Notes: generated by a model not told the origin, from the letters alone. A DNA stretch of 64,000 nt from Candidatus Freyarchaeum deiterrae (GCA_037305845.1 CP147778.1:1856001-1920000); one strand, 5' to 3'; positions 29,608-38,956 are shown, counted from the first letter of the stretch. Made by a program: numbers and translations.

Positions 29608-29876
29608 CCTAAAAATTAATAATGCACTTCTCTCACCTTGGAACAATGACCCATGTAACTCAAAACAAACTCACTATTTTTGATAAACGCTAACATCATC
29701 AAAGTCTCCGTATTTTACATTCATCCAATAAACAGGAATGTAATAGTGTATCACATACCATTCTCTGCCCCAACCATACAGGACAATGTCGCACACGATA
29801 CCCTATCAAAAATAGAAAGATTTAGGAAATTTTAAAAGAGCGTATACATTTATTCATTAAGAGAACCAAAAGAAGG

Positions 29877-30197
29877 TTGAAAATTGTGTCACCCAAAAGA
29901 ACAACCACAGATAACGAAGAAGAATACAAAAAGGTACGTCTCCCACGACAGGGAGAACTTCTCGGAGTAGTATTAAAAATGCTAGGCTACGACCACCTTC
30001 ACGTGAAGTCTACCGATGGACAAACCAGAATGTGCAGAATAAGAGGAAAAATGAAGAAAAGAGTATGGTTGAGAGAAGGTGACATAGTAATTCTCGCACC
30101 CTGGGACTTCCAAGACGCAAAAGCCGACATAATCTGGAGATACTCCCGGGGACAAGCCAAATGGCTCGAAGAAAACGGTTACCTACAAGGAATATGA
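29877..30197 (+). CDS. eif1a: Translation initiation factor 1A
   Basis: CRIRGKMKKRVWLREGD, PWDFQ, DIIWRY. Confidence 0.96.
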   Translation: MKIVSPKRTTTDNEEEYKKVRLPRQGELLGVVLKMLGYDHLHVKSTDGQTRMCRIRGKMKKRVWLREGDIVILAPWDFQDAKADIIWRYSRGQAKWLEENGYLQGI

Positions 30198-30210
30198 AGT
30201 CCTCACCGGA

Positions 30211-30795
30211 TCATGTTCCTGTTCCCGCACCGGTTCCACTCGCAGTCTTCCATGTAGCCAGTCTTCTTTTTAAAGCTCGTTTTCTCTTTTGAAGAACAGT
30301 GTAAACTGTCGAGTGGGGGGCACCTTCGATTAACATCATTACTGCCTCCTTAGCTATTCTGCTCTGATACACATCACCTATTATGGTTACAGTGTGTCCA
30401 TAAACTGACAGTATAGCCCCACTAGCTTCTTCAATAATCCTTCTGCTCTTCCCCCCAGCACCTATAATGCGACCCTTAATCCTATCCAACATGTTCTTAG
30501 ACTTGGCAAAAAGTGTAAGGTCAACTATCTCCAGCAACTCATCATCACCCAAGAGCCTAAACGCTCTACTTGGACTAAAACCTCTACCAATAGCCCGCAC
30601 AATATCCCTAGCCTTCCAAATAGCCACAGGATCTTCCATCTCCGCCGTTGGAACGATAATAACGTTGCCCTCTTCACCATCAATCTCAAGCCTAGTTTTA
30701 GTATCCCTCTCAATAACATTCTTAACCCTTCCCTCAGGGCCAATAATAACCGCAACACGTTCTTTTGGAACTTTTACAAATTCTCTTGTCTCCAT
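30211..30795 (-). CDS. KH-domain rRNA processing protein (Dim2/Pno1/Krr1 family)
   Basis: RVAVIIG, AIGRGFSP, RIKGRIIG, GAPHSTVY. Confidence 0.92.
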   Translation of the reverse strand: METREFVKVPKERVAVIIGPEGRVKNVIERDTKTRLEIDGEEGNVIIVPTAEMEDPVAIWKARDIVRAIGRGFSPSRAFRLLGDDELLEIVDLTLFAKSKNMLDRIKGRIIGAGGKSRRIIEEASGAILSVYGHTVTIIGDVYQSRIAKEAVMMLIEGAPHSTVYTVLQKRKRALKRRLATWKTASGTGAGTGT

Positions 30796-31592
30796 TTCAA
30801 CTCCTCACCTGTAACCTCTTTATAAGCCTCCTCCAAAGAGGGGACACCTACTCCTAAACCTGAAAAATACCTCAAAATATTCTTCAAATCACGTGCCAAA
30901 AAATCTAACGCAAGAGGATGACTCAGAAGAACCGCCTGAGAAACATCAATAATCACCGGCCCATTCTTCCAATACAAAATATTATACTCACTGAGATCCC
31001 CATGAACTAACTTCGCCTTCTTGTAAAGTGTAATAACATAATCAAAAACAGTCCCAAAAACGGATTCAGGTTCCTCAATAACTATATCCTTCAGCCTAGG
31101 AGCAGAAACACCGTTCTCACCAATAAACTCCATAACAAGAACATTACTCCGACAAACAACCGGCTTAGGAACCCTAACACCCACCTCATCCGCAAGCTTA
31201 AGATTCTTAAACTCCTTCTCCGCCCATGCATACATTATAGAACTAGTATCCTTCTTAACTTTAGTGAACCGCGGATCCCCCTCAATATAACCCCAAATAT
31301 GTTTAAAATCCAAGGTAGAAGTCCGATAAACCTTAACGGCCAAATCTCTTTCCTTACCATCCTCCTCAAGAGTCGCCCAATAAACATTCGACTCCTTCCC
31401 CGAAGCAACAACCCCCTTCATACCGCTCAAGTAACCACGACTAATCAAACCATACAAAATAATCGCAGTCCTCTTATCAACAACCGCCTGCACAGTATCC
31501 AAATCCTCAGACCTCTTCCTCCTAACCCTACTCCTATCAATCTTACGATCAAACCTATCCTCACGCTTATCCAAAACTATCACCATCATCAA
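30774..31592 (-). CDS. rio1: RIO1 serine/threonine kinase
   Basis: SGKESNVY, AVKVYR, WAEKEFKNL, LVHGDLSEYNIL, IIDVSQAV. Confidence 0.95.
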   Translation of the reverse strand: MMMVIVLDKREDRFDRKIDRSRVRRKRSEDLDTVQAVVDKRTAIILYGLISRGYLSGMKGVVASGKESNVYWATLEEDGKERDLAVKVYRTSTLDFKHIWGYIEGDPRFTKVKKDTSSIMYAWAEKEFKNLKLADEVGVRVPKPVVCRSNVLVMEFIGENGVSAPRLKDIVIEEPESVFGTVFDYVITLYKKAKLVHGDLSEYNILYWKNGPVIIDVSQAVLLSHPLALDFLARDLKNILRYFSGLGVGVPSLEEAYKEVTGEELKWRQENL

Positions 31593-31664
31593 ACAAAAAT
31601 AACTAATAAAAGGTTCCCTCTATACTCAAAACAAACATTTTTTTCCACTTTTCAAGTCAAGATT

Positions 31665-31836
31665 TGGTGCGGGGAACGGGACTTTCAGCGAAGCAGAAGA
31701 ATCTGCCTCACATTCGAACCCGTGAAGGCCTACGCAGCTCCGCCAAACACCGACGAAACACTACGCCACCAGGTCCTAAGCCTGGCTCCTATAGCCAACC
31801 CTTAAGGGGGAGTTTGACCGGCTCGGATATCCCCGC
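31665..31836 (-). tRNA. tRNA-Leu(UAG) with three introns (D-loop 31791-31813, variable arm 31730-31760, T-loop 59/60 31682-31712); CCA encoded
   Basis: Acceptor GCGGGGA/TCCCCGC, anticodon arm CCAGG-CTTAGGA-CCTGG, T arm ACGGG-TTCGAAT-CCCGT; mature length 87 nt. Confidence 0.9.
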
Positions 31837-32020
31837 AACAATTCTAAATCACTAAACTACCACAACAACAAATTCCTAATATACAAAATGGATACGCATA
31901 ATAATTTTTATACATTTCCTTTTGAACTTTACTATCCCCAAAAATTGGAATAAAGAAGATTAACAGAGAAAGAGTACCTAAAAAGTTTTTGAAACCCTTT
32001 ATGGATTTCTTTTCTACCAC

Positions 32021-32034
32021 AGAAACTTATAAAA
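32021..32034 (+). promoter_or_regulatory. BRE/TATA promoter of tRNA-Leu(GAG)
   Basis: AGAAAC-TTATAAAA about 40 nt upstream of tRNA position 1. Confidence 0.5.
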
Positions 32035-32073
32035 AGTGGTTAGCATAATCCTATTTTTGGCAATAAATTTGGC

Positions 32074-32267
32074 GCAGAGATATCCCAGTCTGGTCAATGT
32101 ATACGACTAAAGGAGTAGGACTGAGGTTACTCGGGTTCGAACCACTCGAGAATCAGAGCTCCTATGGCGCAGAAACTCTCTAGCCTTCTAGGGGTTTACG
32201 TAGGCCTTCGGGAGTTCAATCAGTAGCAGAGTTCCTGTTGCTGGAATATATCTCCCTCTCTGCACCA
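32074..32267 (+). tRNA. tRNA-Leu(GAG) with four introns (32098-32110, 32127-32158, 32173-32203, 32220-32249); CCA encoded
   Basis: Acceptor GCAGAGA/TCTCTGC, anticodon arm TAGGA-CTGAGG|C-TCCTA, T arm GGGAG-TTCAA|AT-CTCCC; mature length 88 nt. Confidence 0.9.
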
Positions 32268-32372
32268 TTTACATCTACTTTTTCAATGAAAAGGAGCGGA
32301 ACGTGTAAAATAAGATTGTTGCAAAATCATATAGAGCATTGTTCAATATGGAAATCAAGGAGGTTTCTAGTC

Positions 32373-32648
32373 ATGTTATTTTTAGTGATAAGCAGCCCAT
32401 ATTCCTCAAAACCTGAAGATGTCAAAAACGCAAGATTGGAATTTAGGTCTTGGATTAAAGATTTGAAGTCAAAGAGCAAAGTGACCTGCTTCTATCCCAA
32501 AGTAGGAAGGGGCTCCGTTGTAATTTTCGATGTCTCCTCAAATGATGAACTTCATAAACTGCTGACCCACTGGCTAAACATTGTACCCGTAAGTTTCGAC
32601 ATTTACCCTTTGGCAACCCCATCGGAGGCGGAGGAGCTTTTAAAATAG
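32373..32648 (+). CDS. Small DUF3303/muconolactone-isomerase-like protein between the two tRNA-Leu(GAG) copies
   Basis: AGGAGGT SD then MLFLVIS...GRGSVVIFDVSSNDELHKLL..W...FDIYPL. Confidence 0.6.
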   Translation: MLFLVISSPYSSKPEDVKNARLEFRSWIKDLKSKSKVTCFYPKVGRGSVVIFDVSSNDELHKLLTHWLNIVPVSFDIYPLATPSEAEELLK

Positions 32649-32903
32649 GAATAGATAACATGGGATTGCTCGCACTATCGCCGCGCGTACGCGCGCAGAA
32701 CCATGAGCCAACATTTGACACTCACATCGTTCTTTTGTTCTGTATTTTGACAAAGTGCCGATACTTTCTTTTTGAGTTAAAAAAAAGCGAGAACGCACAG
32801 TATTAAGACTTATAGGTATGTCCCGACTTGCACCGTAAGATGATCCAGAAAGCTCAAGTCCCTAAGACGCACCAGAGCCCTGAGCTTTTACTCAGAATTT
32901 GAT

Positions 32904-33092
32904 TATCCTAGCCTGGTCAAAGTTTAACGACTAAAGGAGCAGGACTGAGGTTACTCAGGTTCGAACAACTCGAGAATCAGAGCTCCTGTGGCGCAGAAAC
33001 TCTCTAGTCCTTTTAGGGGTTTACGTAGGCCTTCACGAGTTCAATCAGTAACAGAATCCCTGTTGCTGGAATACATCTCGTCCTCCGCACCA
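32904..33092 (+). pseudogene. Second tRNA-Leu(GAG) copy with the same four introns, lacking the 5' acceptor strand
   Basis: Homologous to 32081-32267 from position 8 on; its 3' strand CCTCCGC-ACCA has no partner in the preceding ATTTGAT. Confidence 0.75.
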
Positions 33093-33196
33093 TTCATTAT
33101 CTCCTATTTCTATCTACATCATTATACTTCTTCTTAAGAAAACTACAATATCGCAGCGGTTTTTTGGAAGGATAAAAAATGAGGGAGAAGACTTCT

Positions 33197-36100
33197 TTAC
33201 TGTCTTCGTAATAATGTTTCATGTATTCTGGTCAGGGTGTCTGGGTAGAAGACTCTCATGAGAATTAGGACTACTACCAGTAACCCGAATATAATAGTAA
33301 CTATTCTGCTCAGGGTGTCCATGTCAAATTGACCGCTAGCTGCATTTGCTGTGAGCAGTGACAAGATTGGAATGGGTGACGGTGGCGTTGGGGTAACTAC
33401 TTGGACTGTGAAACTTTCATTAAAGCTTCTACCAGCGTTGTCGGTCACATTTAGGGTGATATTTAGATTGCCGAGAGAACTCGGAGTTATCGGAAGCTCC
33501 GCAATCCCCGTATTATTGTTGTAGAATACTGTTGCATCATGGGATTCGCCATTTAAAAACACTGTTAGATTGGTTAAGTTAACCTGTGGAGTACTTGAAG
33601 CGTTGAAAGGTAGATATCTTACCCATATCTGCAAATTAAACGGTATTCCTAGAGTTAATGTTTCGTTAAGTGTAACATCTGGTTCTATTAGTCCCGCTTC
33701 TAATTGGTACACGTTGAATATGTAATAGTTCTGTGCTAGTGCCTGGTTGCCTATCCCCCTTATCATAATGTTATTACTTGAGTTCGTTGTAACTGATGCA
33801 ATGTATTCCCCAATATCTTGGGGGGTGAAATTTACGTTCCAGTTCTGGAAATCGGTTGTGTTTCCTGAATAATTAAACATCGTGCCGTTGGGGTTGATTA
33901 TGGTTACGGTCAAATTACTTGGGTTATCCAGTACATTTGTAATATTTAACGTGACTGATGTGCCCTTATAGGGCACGATGGTTGATGTAACATTCACTTG
34001 GGAGTAGAAGGTTATTGTAGTGTTCATTGTTTCTCCATTAGAAAGTTCTTGTCCTATGCTTGTAGAGTTGAAGGCGTTTTTGAGTATTGTTATCGTCTTG
34101 GTTATCGAATTTGTAAATGCCTCAGTCCAATTATCTGAAAGAAGGGTGCTGTTGAGAAATATTGTGTTAGCAGCGCTTTGGTTCGCTGCTGGATTATAGC
34201 TGACATACTCAGATTCCTGCGATAAGGAAATAGTCGCATTACTATGCGTATATATACTGGTGAATGTAGAGCCCGAGAATGTGGATGTGTTTGTATAAAC
34301 CATTTGAGCATTAATGGATGCGTTTAAACTGGTGCTGTTCCAATCCTGACTGGTTTGGTTCCAAGCCTTAAAAATTAGCGTAGCTACACCTGTGCTACTG
34401 TTGTATCCCACTTGACTGCTGGTGAAGATTTGACTCCAGTAACCTTGAGTACTGTTAACCATAGAGATATCGTTAATATAAAATAATGTATGGTTACTCA
34501 AGCCGTCACTGTAGTTATAGTAAAATAAATTGTAAGTTAGACTGTATTGGATATCCTTACTACTCGCCAGATTAAAGGTAACGATGCTTCCTGAGGCGTT
34601 TTGTATCGGGGTCCAAACAGTATCATTCCATACCCGATTACCGCCAACGAGTTTATTATTAACGGAGATATTGATACCACTCGTATCTGTCGAATTATAA
34701 GATGTAATCTGCATACACTGCCAGTATCTGTGACCGAACGGGTCTCGGACATCCTTCCAGTTCCAATTGCTAGAATTATCAGGGGTGGTCCATATTCCAT
34801 AGCCCTCTGGCGGAGGAATCTCAAATGCACTAGTATGGCTCGCCCAATCATAAAACTGACCGCTACTCGGATCTCCCGTCCAGTTTTTTGTATGAATTAC
34901 TAGGAAGTAATTTCCTTGTGAGAAATGACCTGTAAAGTTAAGAGTAAGCAAATTATAAGTTGAATTTACGTTCTGGTAAGGCACTTCCAAAGCGACACCA
35001 GTAACATTGCTGCTTAAATTATAAGCCCCAATTGATGAATCGAATGTAGCATTCCAAATCTCGGCAGTGAGGTTTTGCGTTAAACCTGTGGTGCGTAGTA
35101 TCAGTATCTGAATTGTGAGATTGTTCGAGTCATCCGGCAATGTGAACCTTTGAGCTTGGCTCACATTTCCAACGGTGTGTGCGAAGCCGTCTGAATTAGT
35201 TACGTTCTCAATAACGTGTAACTGTGAAACCGGAGTTATACTAGTAAAGTTGATGACGGCAAGATACATCCGATCCCCGTTAGGAATGATGACGTTGAAG
35301 CTACCTGTACCCCCTGTAATATTTCCAGTGGTGCTGCCTGCAATATTATAGTTAATATTACCTGTGTTATTAAAGACATCCACTGAGAGCTGATTCAAAG
35401 TCCAATTCGCTGGGAGCTGCAATGTCAATGTATACTGAAGCTTTGTTAAATTCATTATCATCCAGCAATTGAATGCAACTGAACTTTGAGACCAAAGATT
35501 GGTATCATTTATTTGTTCTATATCTGTGAAATTTTTCAGGTTGAGTGCTAATCCTCCGCTATTAGGAGTACATCCCCAAGTATAATATGTAGTATTGTCG
35601 CTTGAAGTACTAGTATTTAATCTTACCAATATGAAATAAGTCTGGCTTGGGTTCAGCTTAATGGTAGTTTCATTAAGTAGAGTAACCCAATTTCCACTGG
35701 CATTAAAACTGCTATTTGAGTACGTTTGACTTAGCAGAATAGCATCTGATGCGTTACTTGGCACCCACATCGAACCAATCAGGGTTCCATTCCTCAGCTC
35801 TACCCTAAAATCTGGAGGAGACGTATTATTATAGCCTATCCATAGTTGAACACCATTAAAGTATGTTGTAACATTTGAGGTGCTAAATGGCATGGCTACA
35901 GAACTGTTCAAGTTATCGTTCCAAGATATATTGAGATTATTTTCTGGCGGCCCGGTGAGATTACCTTCTATAGTATCCGAGGCCGTTTTATTTGTGATTT
36001 GAAACCATGTTACATTGTAATATGCTCCATTTATTTGGATTGTGGGGTCATTTGTAGTGCCTTTCAGTTGAGGGGGATTCATTTTTTGGCCTGCGGTTAG

Positions 36101-36211
36101 TGGAGATGCTACTGGCGTGTTGGTGGTTAATATGAATAGCATAGCGCATAGAAACAATACGCAAAGTACAAGCGCAATAGCCGCCTTTTTTCTGCTCTTC
36201 ATTTCAACCAC
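33197..36211 (-). CDS. Large secreted, membrane-anchored cell-surface glycoprotein (S-layer-like)
   Basis: N-terminal KSRKK + hydrophobic signal, very many N-x-S/T sequons, Pro-rich linker, C-terminal TM helix. Confidence 0.8.
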   Translation of the reverse strand: MVEMKSRKKAAIALVLCVLFLCAMLFILTTNTPVASPLTAGQKMNPPQLKGTTNDPTIQINGAYYNVTWFQITNKTASDTIEGNLTGPPENNLNISWNDNLNSSVAMPFSTSNVTTYFNGVQLWIGYNNTSPPDFRVELRNGTLIGSMWVPSNASDAILLSQTYSNSSFNASGNWVTLLNETTIKLNPSQTYFILVRLNTSTSSDNTTYYTWGCTPNSGGLALNLKNFTDIEQINDTNLWSQSSVAFNCWMIMNLTKLQYTLTLQLPANWTLNQLSVDVFNNTGNINYNIAGSTTGNITGGTGSFNVIIPNGDRMYLAVINFTSITPVSQLHVIENVTNSDGFAHTVGNVSQAQRFTLPDDSNNLTIQILILRTTGLTQNLTAEIWNATFDSSIGAYNLSSNVTGVALEVPYQNVNSTYNLLTLNFTGHFSQGNYFLVIHTKNWTGDPSSGQFYDWASHTSAFEIPPPEGYGIWTTPDNSSNWNWKDVRDPFGHRYWQCMQITSYNSTDTSGINISVNNKLVGGNRVWNDTVWTPIQNASGSIVTFNLASSKDIQYSLTYNLFYYNYSDGLSNHTLFYINDISMVNSTQGYWSQIFTSSQVGYNSSTGVATLIFKAWNQTSQDWNSTSLNASINAQMVYTNTSTFSGSTFTSIYTHSNATISLSQESEYVSYNPAANQSAANTIFLNSTLLSDNWTEAFTNSITKTITILKNAFNSTSIGQELSNGETMNTTITFYSQVNVTSTIVPYKGTSVTLNITNVLDNPSNLTVTIINPNGTMFNYSGNTTDFQNWNVNFTPQDIGEYIASVTTNSSNNIMIRGIGNQALAQNYYIFNVYQLEAGLIEPDVTLNETLTLGIPFNLQIWVRYLPFNASSTPQVNLTNLTVFLNGESHDATVFYNNNTGIAELPITPSSLGNLNITLNVTDNAGRSFNESFTVQVVTPTPPSPIPILSLLTANAASGQFDMDTLSRIVTIIFGLLVVVLILMRVFYPDTLTRIHETLLRRQ

Positions 36212-36761
36212 TATTTTCTGTTAATTTATAACGTCATCATGAAATAGCCCATGTGATAGTTTTATTTGGGCGCTTTTCATTTTAAAGTCTTTGGATATTT
36301 TAAGAGGTTTATATTCGGTTTTGCTTTTATTTTTTTAGGTTTAATTAAGGGGTTTTTTGCTTATTATGGCTTGGTACTTTTACCAATTTTAGTTGGTTAC
36401 CCTCGTCATTTCCTATATGGTTCATTTCATGAAAGTTAATCCGTCTTGTTATCTCCTCTTTCCTGTTTTTGGGTCTTTCGATGAGTGCATTTTAATATTT
36501 TACATATAGTTGGTTTTTGGGATCGATAAAATTTTTTATTATGTTTATTTATATTTGTGTTTTTTAAATTTAAAATTTATTTTTTAAATATTTACGGCTT
36601 TGAAGCTCTAATCTCATACTCTTCGTTAAAAAGCTTTTATGGCCTTAAAAACAAAGCTATAATGCCCGAATTTCTTAATTTTCTTAACTACGCAAAGTGA
36701 AAATTTCATCCCTTCGTTTTTTATTACTTCGGCATTTAACGTGGGATTATAAATTGTAAAA

Positions 36762-36776
36762 CGATAATTTTAAATA
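36762..36776 (+). promoter_or_regulatory. Putative BRE/TATA for the candidate ncRNA
   Basis: CGATAAT-TTTAAATA, TATA start about 30 nt upstream of 36799. Confidence 0.45.
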
Positions 36777-36798
36777 ATTGAAACCAAATTCTTAGAAA

Positions 36799-37318
36799 GT
36801 CCAAAACTGGATAGAGGACTTGAGAGAAAAAAGGTAGCCTTCGCGTGAACAGCACAGATCAAGTATGCTAAATCTGATGGTTTACTGCTATTGTCCGCTG
36901 TTCTAAAATATATGGGCTAACATCGTATCGTGTCGTACATAGAGGTAGATAAGTGACAGTGTACCTATGCCTCTGTAAATCGAAATTCTTATCCCTGGTG
37001 TTTTTCAACATCATTGGCGGGGAAACGAAAGATATTCAGTAAAACCCCGCCACGCTCCCATTATCCAACATGCGGCTAATATTAACAGGGGCGTCATGTC
37101 TACATATTTTCTACAATAATATTTGCTCAGTTCTGTGTATCAATACTCTCACTGGGCGGAACGCATATTCTAGTTTTCGCCGTTATGCGGTTCTTGGTAT
37201 CAAAGAATTCTCAACTATTATGTTTAGCATTGGCCTATAATCTTAGGTGCACTATGCCTCAATAGTAAAATTATTTGATATAGATATGATTTACCTCAAA
37301 ATATCGCCAGAATAGGAC
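36799..37318 (+). ncRNA. Candidate ~520-nt structured non-coding RNA of unknown class
   Basis: No ORF of 60 aa or more; 5' and 3' ends pair; about 9 internal helices with G-U pairs on the + strand; TATA upstream, T-tract downstream. Confidence 0.55.
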
Positions 37319-37333
37319 GCAAAAAATCCGCTC

Positions 37334-37344
37334 TTTTTATTTTT
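37334..37344 (+). terminator. Oligo-T tract after the candidate ncRNA
   Basis: TTTTTATTTTT 15 nt after the closing helix. Confidence 0.4.
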
Positions 37345-37496
37345 AATTCTTAGCCGTTAATTTAAAAACATTTCATAATGAGAAAAATGGGTTGAAATTA
37401 CAATAATTTGGGTAGTGAATTTTTGGAGAGTTTTTCAAAAAATAGAAAAATAAGGGTTAAATTATATGAACTCGGAGCCCTCGGCTAGTTGGGTTT

Positions 37497-38231
37497 TTAG
37501 TGCGTGAGTCCCGGGAAGTAGTATCTTTCTCCGTGGGCGTAGCTTTCGTCTTTTCTGGTTATACCTTCCTGCTCTAAGGCTTGGAGTGCGTTCTGTGCTC
37601 TGACCTTTGTCCAACCTGATTTTAGCATTACTTCTTCGAGGGTTGTAAATCCGTCTCTGCTCGCTATGCTTAGCACTTCATTTTGGTCTTCGGTGAATTC
37701 TACTGGGAAGAAGCTTATTATTTTCACGCCGGATTTCAGTTCGTGTACTCCGGGTATGAGTTTGTTTTTCTTGAGTATTTTTACTGCGTTTTCTATGTCA
37801 TGGGTTTCCAGTTTCTGGGCGAGTTTTCCGGTGTTTGCTAGTAGGTATGCTTCACTGTAGGTCATTATTCCGCCGTTTTCCTTGCGTTTGAGCATTGCTC
37901 TCTGGTAGAGTAGCATTCCTAGTTTTTCGTGGTCTATTTTTGTCCCTATCCCCATGGTTCCTTTTTTGAGTACTTCTTCTTCCGACATTACGTGGGTTAT
38001 TATCGCTTCTTTCGGTATTCCATATTGTTTTCTTATTCTTTCAACCTCATCTTGAAGCTGGGGACTGGTGGCGATAATGACTCCGTATTTTCTAGCAAGC
38101 TCTTCTAGCTTCTCTTTTGTTTCGGTTGCGGTTTCCAAGTCGTTTCTGATTTCCTCTAGTTTAAACTCAGTGGCCTTTTTTTGTACGTATCTTTTTTTTT
38201 CCATTTTATCGCGTAATTCATGTATTCCCAT
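37497..38231 (-). CDS. ESCRT-II Vps22/Vps36-like (EAP30 domain) protein
   Basis: MGIHEL N-terminus, ENGGIM, DIENAVKIL, P.EFTEDQNEVL, GWTKVRAQNAL..L..EG...D......YYFPGL. Confidence 0.85.
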   Translation of the reverse strand: MGIHELRDKMEKKRYVQKKATEFKLEEIRNDLETATETKEKLEELARKYGVIIATSPQLQDEVERIRKQYGIPKEAIITHVMSEEEVLKKGTMGIGTKIDHEKLGMLLYQRAMLKRKENGGIMTYSEAYLLANTGKLAQKLETHDIENAVKILKKNKLIPGVHELKSGVKIISFFPVEFTEDQNEVLSIASRDGFTTLEEVMLKSGWTKVRAQNALQALEQEGITRKDESYAHGERYYFPGLTH

Positions 38232-38253
38232 TTTTCCGACTCCCTTTATCTAT

Positions 38254-38928
38254 CTATAACTGCCTTAGTCTTTGACGGAAGTCTTTGAACCACCTTACAG
38301 AATCATACTCTATTTTTTTAGCATCTTCCGAATCGATTACTAGATCTGGGGGTTCGTCTTTGAGTTTGTCACGCCAAGCGGTTATTTCCTGATAAACCCA
38401 GTAGTTTTTGTCATGAAGTCCTGTAAAATTTTCTAGGAGAAGTATTACATCGTCCATTATTGGCACTATGTTATCGACCCTAGCATAGTCCCCTAACTGT
38501 ACACAGTCAATTAGAGTAATGAAATTTGATACCAGGTCAGCAGTTTCGGTGGCGAGCTTTGCTGGAGAGAATTTGAGGATTTCTAAAGGTATCTCTTCCT
38601 CCGGCCTCATGGCCGTTTCGTCCAATTTTATAATTCTTAACTTCACCGCTGCATCGGGATAATTCTCTATGATTTTTTCTTTCTCTATAAACTGGGCGAG
38701 GTCAAACCCTCTCTCCTCAAGATTTTTGCGTACCTCGAGAATTTTTTGGATGTACGCTCTCATTTGGAGACTGTAGGTGGCGGCGTCAATTAAACCGCCA
38801 TTGTAATTTTTGCCCAACATATCCAGCGTTGCAATACAAGAATATAGCTCCGCTTCTAATTCCAATTGTTTATCCACGTCACTTTCTGATTGCTTTGCAC
38901 TAGGTTTCGGTTTTTCTGCTATCTTCAT
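38254..38928 (-). CDS. vps28: ESCRT-I Vps28-like protein
   Basis: AELYSCIATLDML.K.Y..G.I....Y, NFITLID, helical C-terminal domain. Confidence 0.82.
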   Translation of the reverse strand: MKIAEKPKPSAKQSESDVDKQLELEAELYSCIATLDMLGKNYNGGLIDAATYSLQMRAYIQKILEVRKNLEERGFDLAQFIEKEKIIENYPDAAVKLRIIKLDETAMRPEEEIPLEILKFSPAKLATETADLVSNFITLIDCVQLGDYARVDNIVPIMDDVILLLENFTGLHDKNYWVYQEITAWRDKLKDEPPDLVIDSEDAKKIEYDSVRWFKDFRQRLRQL

Positions 38929-38956
38929 TTTTTTATCCTCCTGTCCCTTGGACTAC

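Noticed and set aside
31664-32372. ORFs 31664..31855, 31299..31805 and the 5' extension of 32238..32648
   Set aside because: They overlap tRNA genes or rio1 antisense; the small gene has a good SD at ATG 32373
36795-37080. Candidate ncRNA as RNase P RNA (GAAAGTCC at 36795; AACATGCGGCTA near 37067)
   Set aside because: The motifs are partial and in the wrong positions relative to the terminal helix; not supportable without a covariance search
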